From Treponema pedis (lineage in GTDB: Bacteria; Spirochaetota; Spirochaetia; Treponematales; Treponemataceae), in NCBI RefSeq assembly GCF_017161325.1, contig NZ_CP045670.1, positions 1,107,367 to 1,171,366 of the forward strand: 64,000 nt of DNA, read 5' to 3'. This document shows, piece after piece, positions 1 to 9,352 of this stretch. How positions within the stretch are numbered: the first letter of the stretch is position 1; each line of letters begins with the position of its first letter. The position numbers were made by a program, and so were the translations under genes. The notes under the pieces were generated by a model, which worked only from the letters and a program-made list of their open reading frames with translations, ran no database searches and was not told the origin of the DNA.

Positions 1-560
1 TTAATTGCGTGCGTAATGCTTTCCGCTAAGTCACAGATATCTGCGTTTGTACTGCGTATTTTCATCCGAGCAGTTAATCCTGCATCGGCATATTCTTTAC
101 GCGGAATATCTTTACAGATAGGTTTTACTTTTCGTATAAAACCTAAATCGATGGAATCGTCTTTATTCTTTAATTTTAACAGCCCTGTTTTTTTATCACG
201 AAGGATTGGTATACCATTCCAATCAGTTGCAGGCAATGTAAGCGTTTTATCCGAAGCTAAAAATGCGTATGCATCGGTTATTTCATAAACGGAAAAGCTC
301 TTCAATGAAGGTACAATAACCCAATTACCCTTATCCATTTCAGCGACAAACCTCCAAAGGTTATACCTGTTTTTCGGCAAAAACTCCCAGCGTTTTTGAA
401 ATTCCTCTTCAAAAAAATCCCAATCATTTTCCGATACCTTATTCAAAAATTCGGTATTACAAAAATCGGAAAACCCGATAGATAATAATCCGTTTTCCAA
501 CATCGGATAACTGATATTTTCTAAATATGAAATTCGATGTAACCAATATCTTCTTTTCAT
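1..560 (-). CDS. hypothetical protein, partial (start codon at 560, C-terminus runs off window at position 1)
   Basis: ATG at 560-558 on the minus strand with a GAGGAG-type SD (revcomp of tctcctc 568-574) about 8 nt upstream; frame stays open to the window edge; translation begins MKRRYWLHRISYLENISYPMLENGLLSIGFSDF...; no family recognised. The plus-strand ORF 16-288 in the track is its antisense shadow. Confidence 0.45.
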   Translation of the reverse strand, partial: MKRRYWLHRISYLENISYPMLENGLLSIGFSDFCNTEFLNKVSENDWDFFEEEFQKRWEFLPKNRYNLWRFVAEMDKGNWVIVPSLKSFSVYEITDAYAFLASDKTLTLPATDWNGIPILRDKKTGLLKLKNKDDSIDLGFIRKVKPICKDIPRKEYADAGLTARMKIRSTNADICDLAESITHAI

Positions 561-705
561 AGTTCTTTCTCCTCTTATTTTCTTTAATTATAATAGATTA
601 TAATAGATTTATTTTTCGCAACCATTAAAAATGATTTGTGCGAATTTCAATTTTTATGTATTGCATTTGCTCAACATGCGGCGGATTTCCCCGCCGCAAA
701 ACTGT

Positions 706-939
706 TTAGTTACGCCTACTCCAGCTTCTGCCGTCATTTATAGAGTAGAACAAACCTTTTTCGGTAGTTGCAAGGATTTCTTTTCCATTGTCGGTTAAAT
801 CCTGAAATGTACCTTGCGTAGAACTACCTGAATAACGAGTACTCCATGAACGCCCGGCATTTGTCGAGTATTCAAGTTTCTTTGCATCTTTGGGGTTGAT
901 TCGTATCAGCTCCTTTCCTCTGTTTAGTATCTGTGACAT
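706..939 (-). CDS. small protein with two BNR/Asp-box repeats (S-x-D-x-G-x-S/T-W motifs: STNAGRSWS, SINDGRSWS)
   Basis: 77-aa ORF; ATG 939-937 preceded by AGGAGG (revcomp of cctcct 945-950); GC-rich inverted repeat gcggcgg/ccgccgc at 680-700 just past the stop. Confidence 0.5.
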   Translation of the reverse strand: MSQILNRGKELIRINPKDAKKLEYSTNAGRSWSTRYSGSSTQGTFQDLTDNGKEILATTEKGLFYSINDGRSWSRRN

Positions 940-1208
940 AGATACCTCCTTAAAAAAAATCTTTATATTTACTCACTTCCGCCCGCCGTATACAGCCATG
1001 AAACGGCAAACAAAACGGTACGGCAAAAGTGTAAATACGGAATTGAGTATCTTTATTATTGTGATGATTATAAACAAGCGGGTCTATCAGGAAATGATAG
1101 AGCGTATAATTTTTAGAAATTATTTTGAAAGAAAAAAGCGGTTGCGAAAAATAAATTAATATAAAAAAGAAAGCAAATGCAAAAAAACTCGGAAAAGTGC
1201 CGTGGGGA

Positions 1209-1239
1209 TTGACAAAGGAATTTATATTTTCATAATTTG
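1209..1239 (+). promoter_or_regulatory. sigma70-like promoter (TTGACA 1211-1216, 17-nt spacer, ATAATT 1234-1239) firing into the heptamer repeat
   Basis: Near-consensus -35/-10 with 17-bp spacing read directly from the sequence. Confidence 0.3.
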
Positions 1240-1335
1240 CTTGCTGCTTGCTGCTTGCTGCTTGCTGCTTGCTGCTTGCTGCTTGCTGCTTGCTGCTTGC
1301 TGCTTGCTGCTTGCTGCTTGCTGCTTGCTGCTTGC
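1237..1335. repeat. perfect heptanucleotide microsatellite (TTGCTGC)x~14
   Basis: ttgcttgctgcttgctgc... uninterrupted for ~99 bp in the divergent intergenic region between the BNR protein gene and the DUF1667/FGGY operon. Confidence 0.95.
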
Positions 1336-1381
1336 ATTATAATTTTCTTCATTATGTCTATTTTAGCAAAATGCCGATGAT

Positions 1382-1410
1382 TTGTCAAGGTAATTTATAT
1401 TTTCTTTAAT
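1382..1410 (+). promoter_or_regulatory. second promoter-like box (TTGTCA-17-TTTAAT), a near duplicate of the 1209-1239 box
   Basis: ttgtcaaggtaatttatattttc matches ttgacaaaggaatttatattttc at 1211-1233 at about 20 of 23 positions; the two copies flank the microsatellite. Confidence 0.25.
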
Positions 1411-1631
1411 ACCTTAAAGCGGTCATTATGTGTATAGACGGTCATTTTTATGCTCTTAAGCACTGCAAGTAAGTACTTTAAAACCTGCCTATTTTGACAT
1501 TTTTGAGCGGTTTATGTCGCTTTACTGTTTTTCGTGTCCGCTTTGAGGCAAAAGCGTTTTTCTATTTAAAGATTTATGAGAAGTTTTTTTAACACTTAAA
1601 GACAAGACTTAAAGTATTATATTATAAACCC

Positions 1632-1666
1632 TTGACAAGAGCATTGTTTATTTTAATAATAAAAAA
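1632..1666 (+). promoter_or_regulatory. promoter (TTGACA 1632-1637, 17-nt spacer, AATAAT) for the DUF1667-FGGY operon
   Basis: Consensus -35 about 60 nt upstream of the AAGAGGAAG SD and ATG 1696. Confidence 0.3.
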
Positions 1667-1695
1667 AATAAGCTCTTTAAAAGAGGAAGTGCCTA

Positions 1696-2139
1696 ATGCA
1701 AATAAAAAACTTTACGTGTACGGCTTGTCCGCGAGGATGCGGGTTAACGGTTCGGATTGAAAATTCCGAAAAACAAAATTTAAACGAAATTACCGTTACG
1801 GGAAATAAGTGCCCCAAGGGAGAAACTTACGGAAAGCAGGAAGCCGTTTGCCCTATGCGAATGCTTACAACAACGGTTGCATGTATTGCAGGCGGAAACA
1901 AAAGACTGTCGGTAAAACTGAGCGGCCCCGTTCCTTTAAAATCTTTTCCCGAATATATGCGGCATATTCGCTCCGTTACAGTATTATCTTCGTGTAAAGC
2001 CGGGGACGTTATCGTAAAGGATTTTTGTGCGAGCGGAACCGATTTAATTGCAACCGGGTCTTATGATATTTCCGGTATAGTCTTGAATTCTTTAGACGGA
2101 AGTTCCGAAACCGGAAGCTCCGAAGGAGGTATTTTATGA
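1696..2139 (+). CDS. DUF1667-type small Cys-rich metal-binding protein (CxxCxxGC), usually partnered with GlpA-like FAD oxidoreductases
   Basis: 147 aa; CTACPRGCGL motif; strong SD; ATGA overlap with the downstream kinase. Confidence 0.6.
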   Translation: MQIKNFTCTACPRGCGLTVRIENSEKQNLNEITVTGNKCPKGETYGKQEAVCPMRMLTTTVACIAGGNKRLSVKLSGPVPLKSFPEYMRHIRSVTVLSSCKAGDVIVKDFCASGTDLIATGSYDISGIVLNSLDGSSETGSSEGGIL

Positions 2140-3695
2140 AAACGGTTTTAACTGTAGACTGCGGAACGCAAAGTTTACGCGCAATGATTTTCGATTTAAG
2201 CGGCAACCTTTTAGCTTCTTCCCGTATTCCTTATAAGCCTCATACTACTCCCAAACCGGGCTGGGCGGAACAGGAGGTAAGTGTTTATTGGAATGCCCTT
2301 AAAAATGCAATCGGTTTATTAAAAAAAGAAAATACGGAAGCTTTTAAGAATCTTTGCGGTATGGGTGTTACAACAATGAGGGCAACTACAGTCTTAATCG
2401 ATAAAGACGGAGAAGTATTGCGTTCTGCAATTGTTTGGCTCGACAATAGAACCGCCCGCGGACCGTTTCACCCTAACGGACTTATGCGTGCGGTTTTCCA
2501 TGCGGCAGGTTTATACGATGCGATAGTTACGGTTCAATCCAGTGCCAAAATAAATTGGATACGCGAGCAGGAGCCTGAAATTTGGAATAAAACTTGGAAA
2601 GTGCTTTTTCTTTCAGGTTGGTTTATTTATAAACTTACGGGCGAGGTGTGCGATGCTGCGGCTTCAATGATAGGATATGTTCCCTTTGTAAACAAAAAAC
2701 GGGATTGGGCTGAAAAACCTTCGATTGAACAGCTTTTAATTCCGTTGGAAAAAGAAAAACGGAACAAAATAGTGGAAAGCGGAACTCTTATCGGCCTTCT
2801 TACAAAGGCGGCTTCGGAAGAATTGGGTTTACCTGAGGGTTTGCCTCTTATTGCCTGCGGAAGCGATAAGGCTTGCGAAACCATAGGAGCGGGAGTTACG
2901 GATTCTTCCGTTGCTGCTTTAAGTTTCGGCACAATGGCTACAATAGAAGTTTGCGCGGACAAATATTTTGAATATAAAAAACTTTTCCCCGCTTATTGCG
3001 GCGTTATACCCGGCACTTGGCTTTCGGAATTGGAAGTGTTCCGCGGTTATTGGATGATAAGCTGGTTTAAAGAGGAATTAGGCAAGGAAGAATGTAGACG
3101 TGCGGAAGAGTTGGGCGTAATCCCCGAAACCGTTTTGGATAAACTTTTGGACGAGGCTCCGGCAGGCGGTAGAGGTTTAATGCTTCAGCCTTATTGGGGT
3201 GCAAGTATTTTCGATAAATATGCAAAGGGCAGTATAATAGGCTTCGGCGATGTTCACGGCAGGGGCGATTTATATCGTGCCATCATCGAAGGCTTGGCAT
3301 ATTCTTTGCGGGAAGGTTTGGAAATAATTGAAGCAAAAGGCAAGTTTAAATGTGAAAAGGTTGCAGCTTCGGGAGGAGCCTCTCAAAGCGATGCAATTTG
3401 TCAAATTACTTCGGATATTTTAAATAGAAGTTTGGTGCGATGTAAAATTACGGAAGCTTCTTCTTTAGGCGTTGCAGTTATTACCGCAGCGGGAATCGGA
3501 GCGTACTCTTCCATAGGGGAAGCTGCAAAACAAATGGTTGTTTACGAAAAAGAATTTATTCCGGGTCGGGAGCACAGAGAATTATATGACGGACTTTTTT
3601 CGGTTTATAAAAAAATATATCCGGCATTAAAAGATATTTGTAAGGATATTCAAAAAGTAACCGACTATCCGGAAACCAAAAAGATGAACGAATAA
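2136..3695 (+). CDS. FGGY-family carbohydrate kinase (glycerol/xylulose kinase-like)
   Basis: 519 aa; N-terminal VDCGTQSLRA FGGY signature; GGAGG SD. Confidence 0.85.
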   Translation: MKTVLTVDCGTQSLRAMIFDLSGNLLASSRIPYKPHTTPKPGWAEQEVSVYWNALKNAIGLLKKENTEAFKNLCGMGVTTMRATTVLIDKDGEVLRSAIVWLDNRTARGPFHPNGLMRAVFHAAGLYDAIVTVQSSAKINWIREQEPEIWNKTWKVLFLSGWFIYKLTGEVCDAAASMIGYVPFVNKKRDWAEKPSIEQLLIPLEKEKRNKIVESGTLIGLLTKAASEELGLPEGLPLIACGSDKACETIGAGVTDSSVAALSFGTMATIEVCADKYFEYKKLFPAYCGVIPGTWLSELEVFRGYWMISWFKEELGKEECRRAEELGVIPETVLDKLLDEAPAGGRGLMLQPYWGASIFDKYAKGSIIGFGDVHGRGDLYRAIIEGLAYSLREGLEIIEAKGKFKCEKVAASGGASQSDAICQITSDILNRSLVRCKITEASSLGVAVITAAGIGAYSSIGEAAKQMVVYEKEFIPGREHRELYDGLFSVYKKIYPALKDICKDIQKVTDYPETKKMNE

Positions 3696-3745
3696 TTTTT
3701 TGTACCGCCTAAAGGGCAATTTATATTTTTAAATTGCCTTTGATA
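3696..3745 (+). terminator. possible intrinsic terminator after the FGGY kinase gene
   Basis: 11-bp stem aagggcaattt/aaattgccttt with an 8-nt loop; U-tract weak. Confidence 0.25.
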
Positions 3746-3862
3746 AAAATAAAATTTTCTGAAAAAAAAACGTTTCTTGCAATAAATCATAGTTACGGAA
3801 AATACGATAAGTATAATAAAAATAAAGCTTTTAACTCGGCATAAAACACTTTTCCTTTCTCA

Positions 3863-3891
3863 TTGCCGATAATTTTCTTTTATGCTATACT
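3863..3891 (+). promoter_or_regulatory. promoter TTGCCG-17-TATACT for the U32 peptidase gene
   Basis: Spacing and boxes read directly; AAGGAA SD follows at 3946-3951. Confidence 0.3.
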
Positions 3892-3959
3892 CTTCTTGCA
3901 AGAAAAAATACTTAAATTGCCGGCGGGCATTTGTAAGTTTAAATGTAAGGAATAGATGT

Positions 3960-6184
3960 ATGAATATAGAACTTTTAGCACCGGCAGGGAATACGGAAGC
4001 TCTGGACGCTGCAATAAATGAGGGTGCCGACGCGGTATATTTGGGATTAAAAAGTTTTAATGCCAGAATGCGCTCTTCCAATTTTGCGTGGCCGCAATTT
4101 GAAGCCGCCGTTGAAACTCTTCACAAAAAAACAAAAAAGTTTATGTTACCGTAAATACGGTTTTAATAGAAAACGAAACGGAAAAAATGTACCGCTTTTT
4201 AAATTATTTAAATGCGGTAGGTCCTGACGGAATTATAGTGCAGGATTTGGGAATTGTGCAAATGGTAAAAACTTATTTTCCGAAATTAAAATTGCATGCT
4301 TCAACACAAATGAATATAGCCTCGGCAAAGGCTGCAAATGCTTTAAGCCGTTTCGGGGTTTCACGTGTAGTTCTTGCGCGGGAACTTTCGTTAACGGAAA
4401 TTGCAAGTATCAATTCGGAAACTTCCTGTGAGCTTGAAGTTTTTGTTCATGGGGCTCTTTGCATTTGTCAATCCGGCTTGTGTATGTTTTCTTCTTACCT
4501 CGGCGGAAAATCCGCAAACCGCGGAATGTGTTCGCAAGCCTGCCGCCGTTTATACAAAGCGCATACGCCTCAAGGGGATAAAGAAGGCTACTATTTTTCT
4601 CCGTACGATTTACAGCTTATCGACTATGTTCCCGATTTGGTAAAAGCGGGAGTCCGTTCGTTTAAGATAGAAGGAAGAATGAAAAGTGCCGAATATGTAG
4701 GTACCGCAGTTTCGGCTTACAGATATGTTTTAGATAATTGGGAAAAAGATAAAAAAACCGCAATTGAAACCGGACGAAGAATTCTTGCAAACGATTTTGC
4801 CCGCAAAAAAACTTCCTTTTTATTTATAAATTCAAAAGCGGAAAATATTTTAAATCCGTTACAGGCAGGCGGTACCGGAATTTTTTTGGGCACGATAGAA
4901 AAAACCGCCGATTTTAAAATTACCGAGGTTGCAGGCAAAACAAAAGAAGAACCTCTAAGAAAGGTTCATTATGTATTGCTCAAAGGCGGCGGTTATACTC
5001 CGTCCTTCGGAGATTCTATCAGACTTCATACAAAAGACGACAAGGGCAGAGAAAGCTGGAAACTTCAAGATATACGAGAGGAAGGCGGTAAAACGTGGCT
5101 GCAAGTTCCCGATAATTTCGGCATAGGCGACAGCGTTTATCTTTTGCAGACAAAAAATATGAGTAAACACTATCCGCAAATCTTACCTAAAAATTTATCG
5201 GCATACCGCCGCCGCCCTCTTGATGAAAAATTGCCCGAGCTGAAACTTTTTCCTGAAGGAAAAGCCGACGTAAAAGAAACGGTTCAGGGAAATTCCAAGC
5301 AAAAGAAAAACGGAAAAAAAGCCGATGTAAAAAACGTTCTGACAAAATCCAATGTAGATATTTTCCCCGACGGCTTTTACGTTCAAGTATCTTCAATTAA
5401 CAGTTTGCATACAATTCTTTCGGATAAACCGGTGCGGGTAATTATTAATTTAAACGAAGATACAAAAAAAGGTTTTGAAGAATTTTTATCGACGGGAAAG
5501 CCTTTGCCTTTTTCAAAAAAAGAAATTTTTATTTCACTTGACCCCTTTATGCCGCAAGATAAAATTGCTGAACTTGAAACCTTTTTACTTTATTTAACCG
5601 AAAGCGGCTACACTCAATTTGTTGTAAATAATCCGGCGCATATTACAATGCTGAAAAACAAAAAAGCTAATTTAATTGCGGGCGGATATCTTTACGGTTT
5701 TAACCGATGGGCTTTAAAATGGCTTCAGGAAAACGGCATTACGCAATTTACTTCTCCGATTGAAAATTCTCAAAAAAACTTGGAAGAGGTTTATGCCCCC
5801 GGAATGAGAAAACAGGTTTTAATACCGGTATTTGCATATCCCGCTCTTTTTAGAATGCGCTTTACCTTACCGGAAAGTTATAACTTTTTATATTTTTCGG
5901 ATAAGCAAGGAGAAGCCTTTAAAGCCTTTTCAACTCCGTCATCTTCTTTTGTATTGCCTGAAAAACCGTTTTCCATTACCGACAGAATTACGGCACTGGA
6001 AAAAAAAGGCTTTGCAAAATTTTTACTTGATTTTTCGCATACCGAAATCGAGCGCGGCGAATACCGCAAAATAATTGCCGCTTGCCGTAAAAATGAATTT
6101 TTGGAAGATACTTCGCGCTTTAACTGGAAAGAAGGTTTTTACGACCCCGTAAAAATAGAAGCAAGAAAAAAAATGCAAAGCTGA
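3960..6184 (+). CDS. peptidase U32 family protein (collagenase-like, with a DUF3656-type C-terminal extension), interrupted by a -1 frame change inside the A7-C-A6 tract at 4125-4138. N-terminal 65 codons 3960-4154, the rest in the 4115-6184 frame.
   Basis: N-terminus MNIELLAPAGNTEALDAAINEGADAVYLGLKSFNARMR is the canonical U32 start. It stops at 4152-4154. The -1 frame continues from 4115 as ...KKVYVTVNTVLIENETEKMYRFLNYLNAVGPDGIIVQDLG, which is the canonical continuation (track ORF 4187-6184 is the tail). One extra A in the tract gives a single ~740-aa ORF. Confidence 0.7.
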
Positions 6185-6222
6185 AATTTGTTTTAAAACA
6201 TACAAGAGCTTTAATATCGGGC

Positions 6223-7077
6223 TTACTCGTCCATACTCCCCGAACGTAAGCCCTCAATATCGAGAGTTATATATTTAAACCCCTTGCTCTTTATTTTTGA
6301 AATAATTTTTTTCTTTTGCTCTAAAAATTCTGTAAACAGGTTTTCAGGTATTTCAATACGTACTACAGGATTATGAAAACGTATACGGCATTCCGCAAAA
6401 CCGCTTTTGTGTAAAAACTTTTCGCTTTCTTCTATTTTTTTTAAAAGAGGTATATCCAAAAATGTTCCGTAAGGAAGGCGCGTTGCAAAGCAAGGTGCCG
6501 AGGGCTTTTTCGCAATGGAATTAAGCTCCAATTCTTCGGCAAGACTTCTTATTTCATTTTTTGTAAAGCCGCATTCGGCAAGCGGGCTTTTTATATTAAG
6601 CTCCTCCAAAGCTTTTTTCCCCGGACGATAAACCGAAAGGTCATCAAAATTCGTTCCGTCTATAATAGTACACAGTTTTTTTTCTTTACAGAATTTAATT
6701 ACATTTTTAAACATAGCTTTTTTACAAATAAAACATCTGTCTTTAGGGTTTTTAAAAAGAGCCTTAGGCATTTTTTCCATATCTACGGGAATAACAAAAT
6801 GATTTATTTTCAGTTCTTTGCATAATTTTTTTGCCGCAACAATTTCTTCATCGGAATAAAGAGGAGTTTTAAAGGTTACGGCATAAAATTTATTTTTAAA
6901 AAAATTCAATGCAAAAGTTTTTGTATAAACGGTTTTATTTTGTAAAAGCCGTGCGGTAACTCCTGCCAGTAAACCGCTATCGACACCGCCTGAAAGTGCA
7001 AGACATAATCCGTTTTGCAAGTATTCTAAAATAAGTGAAAGAAGTTTATTATATTTTATTTTAAGTTCGGAATTCAT
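6223..7077 (-). CDS. PP-loop ATP pyrophosphatase of the LarE/TIGR00268 type (ATP-dependent sacrificial sulfur transferase-like)
   Basis: SGGVDS PP-loop near the N-terminus; C-terminal ...YITLDIEGLRSGSMD typical of the family; Cys-rich middle (CFICKK). Confidence 0.55.
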   Translation of the reverse strand: MNSELKIKYNKLLSLILEYLQNGLCLALSGGVDSGLLAGVTARLLQNKTVYTKTFALNFFKNKFYAVTFKTPLYSDEEIVAAKKLCKELKINHFVIPVDMEKMPKALFKNPKDRCFICKKAMFKNVIKFCKEKKLCTIIDGTNFDDLSVYRPGKKALEELNIKSPLAECGFTKNEIRSLAEELELNSIAKKPSAPCFATRLPYGTFLDIPLLKKIEESEKFLHKSGFAECRIRFHNPVVRIEIPENLFTEFLEQKKKIISKIKSKGFKYITLDIEGLRSGSMDE

Positions 7078-7196
7078 TGCAAAACGAGCATAGCATATTT
7101 ATCGTAATTAAAGCAAGTATAAAGCTTTTATAAAAGAATGCTATAGCATAAAAAAAATTTTTATGCTAAACTGTTTTTTAAGAATCGGGGTATAAA

Positions 7197-9038
7197 ATGA
7201 ACAACTTAAAAAAATTACTGTCTTATATGAAAGGACAAGGCTCCTTGTATTTTACCGCATTGATGTTTACGCTTATTTCGCAAGTAATTGTTGCAATGCA
7301 GCCTCAACTAATTAAAATTACAATCGACTCCGTTTTAGGCGGTGCAGCCTTACCTGATGCGTGGCTTTCATCTTTTATTTCACCTTTTCAAAATCATTTA
7401 AACGGTTTTACCGGCCTTTTAATTATGGCGGCTTTTATAGTTTTTTTCTCTTTTATAAGAGGGGTATTTACCTTTGCAAGAATCAATCTTGCAAGCATTG
7501 CAACGGAGCGTTCAATAAAAAATTTACGGAATAAACTGTACAATCATATTCAGCTTTTACCTTATTCATTTCATTCAAAAGCGGAAACGGGAGATTTAAT
7601 TCAGCGTTGTACTTCCGACATAGAAACTGTAAGGCTTGCTTTATATTCACAAATTATGGATACGGTAAGCGCCGTGTTTTTAGTAATTTATACATTGTAT
7701 CTGATGTCGAGGACAAATACAAAGCTGATGCTTATCTCGCTTACGATTATGCCTATTACGTTTTTTTCTTCCGTAATATTTTTTAAAAAAATACAAAAAT
7801 TGTTTAAAAAAGCGACGGAATATGAAGCTGCGATGACAACGGCGGTTCAGGAAAACCTTACGGGGATACGTGTGGTAAAAGCGTTCACCCGTCATCAGTA
7901 TGAAATGGAAAAATTTAAAAAGCGGAGTGAAACGTATAGAAATCAAAATTTGAAAATAAATAAATGTTTTGCGGTCTTTTGGGGGCTTACCGATGCTCTT
8001 TCTCTTGGGCAAGTTTTCGGTATTATCTTATACGGAAGTCTTTTGGCATATCGCTCGGAAATCTCAGCGGGCGATTTGGTAGCCTTTATTTCGTACACCG
8101 GTATGCTTATATGGCCGGTGCGCCGTTTGGGAAGAATTATAAGTAATATAGGAAAAGCCTTTGTAGCGGTTGACAGGATTGAAAAAATCTTAAACGAAAA
8201 AGAAGAGGAAATTTTTCCTACAAACGAAAAACCTGAAATTAAGGGCAACATTATTTTTGACTCCGTTTCATTTACATATCCGCAAACGGATACGGCGGAT
8301 ACTGTAAGTAAAGAAAACGGAAGCGGTCAAGCTCAAGATAAAATAAAAAGCAAACCGGCACTTGATAATATTTCTTTCAGTATAAAAAGCGGAGAAACAA
8401 CGGCAATTTTAGGACCTACCGGTTCAGGGAAAAGCTCATTGGTTCATTTACTTGCGCGGCTTTACGAATACGATTCAGGCTCGATTAAGATTGACGGTAA
8501 AGAATTAAATACTATCGACAAGGGCTGGATACGCTCGCAAATCGGACTTGTTTTGCAAGAGCCTTTTTTATACGGCAGAACAATTATGGAAAACATAAAG
8601 CTGAGTAATCCGGATATTTCCGATAAGACGGCAAAACATTATTCCAAAGTTGCCTCTCTGGACGGCGAAATAATCAATTTTGAAAAAGGTTATGACACTC
8701 TTGTGGGCGAGCGCGGGGTTTCTCTTTCCGGAGGGCAAAAGCAGAGGCTTGCCATTGCGCGTACTCTTATAAAAGATGCTCCCGTTTTAATTTTTGACGA
8801 TTCTCTTTCTGCGGTAGACACTCAAACGGACATACACATAAGAGAGGCTTTGCATAAAGAAAAAGGAAACAAAACTATGATAATTATTTCGCATAGAATC
8901 TCGACTGTTTGCGATGCCGATAATATTATCGTTTTGGAAAACGGAAAAATAACTCAACAGGGAAAACACGAAGAGCTTATAAAGCGGGAAGGCTTATACA
9001 AACGTATTTATAAAATTCAATCGTCAATACAAAACTGA
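7197..9038 (+). CDS. ABC transporter permease/ATP-binding protein (exporter, fused TMD-NBD)
   Basis: 613 aa; six-TM N-half; Walker A GPTGSGKSS, LSGGQKQR signature, Walker B ILIFDD; ~23-aa low-complexity insertion (TDTADTVSKENGSGQAQDKIKSK) just before Walker A. Confidence 0.85.
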   Translation: MNNLKKLLSYMKGQGSLYFTALMFTLISQVIVAMQPQLIKITIDSVLGGAALPDAWLSSFISPFQNHLNGFTGLLIMAAFIVFFSFIRGVFTFARINLASIATERSIKNLRNKLYNHIQLLPYSFHSKAETGDLIQRCTSDIETVRLALYSQIMDTVSAVFLVIYTLYLMSRTNTKLMLISLTIMPITFFSSVIFFKKIQKLFKKATEYEAAMTTAVQENLTGIRVVKAFTRHQYEMEKFKKRSETYRNQNLKINKCFAVFWGLTDALSLGQVFGIILYGSLLAYRSEISAGDLVAFISYTGMLIWPVRRLGRIISNIGKAFVAVDRIEKILNEKEEEIFPTNEKPEIKGNIIFDSVSFTYPQTDTADTVSKENGSGQAQDKIKSKPALDNISFSIKSGETTAILGPTGSGKSSLVHLLARLYEYDSGSIKIDGKELNTIDKGWIRSQIGLVLQEPFLYGRTIMENIKLSNPDISDKTAKHYSKVASLDGEIINFEKGYDTLVGERGVSLSGGQKQRLAIARTLIKDAPVLIFDDSLSAVDTQTDIHIREALHKEKGNKTMIIISHRISTVCDADNIIVLENGKITQQGKHEELIKREGLYKRIYKIQSSIQN

Positions 9039-9183
9039 ACATACGTAAGATGTATAAAAATTTCAAATTTTAAGGAAACTTTCTTTGGGGCTTTATATTT
9101 AAAAATATATTAAAGATTATGTATTTTTTAGTAAAATAATATCAAATATTTTAATAATTTTATTATAAATATTAAAATTATGA

Positions 9184-9212
9184 TTGACTTTTTTATTCCG
9201 CTATATTATATT
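9184..9212 (+). promoter_or_regulatory. promoter TTGACT-17-TATATT upstream of a small ORF and the second ABC gene
   Basis: Boxes and 17-nt spacer read from the sequence. Confidence 0.3.
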
Positions 9213-9352
9213 ATTTATGTCGGACAACGAAAATTTTTATGTACAGGAAGGTATAAAATGTCGGGCGATACGGTAATGATGTACGGTTCCTGTCGTTTAA
9301 TAAATTTTCTTACGGCAAAAGCCTTGTAAATAAAAAAGTTAAGGAGAAAGAA

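Noticed and set aside
890-1159. 89-aa plus-strand ORF across the BNR gene start and promoter region
   Set aside because: Overlaps the minus-strand gene start and its upstream region, no SD, composition follows the AT-rich intergenic sequence.
4121-4140. Programmed -1 ribosomal frameshift heptamer in the U32 gene
   Set aside because: Zero-frame context is cac-aaa-aaa-aca; neither possible P/A-site pair re-pairs cleanly after a -1 slip (c_aaa or aac in the A site), so homopolymer length variation or transcriptional slippage is the better explanation.
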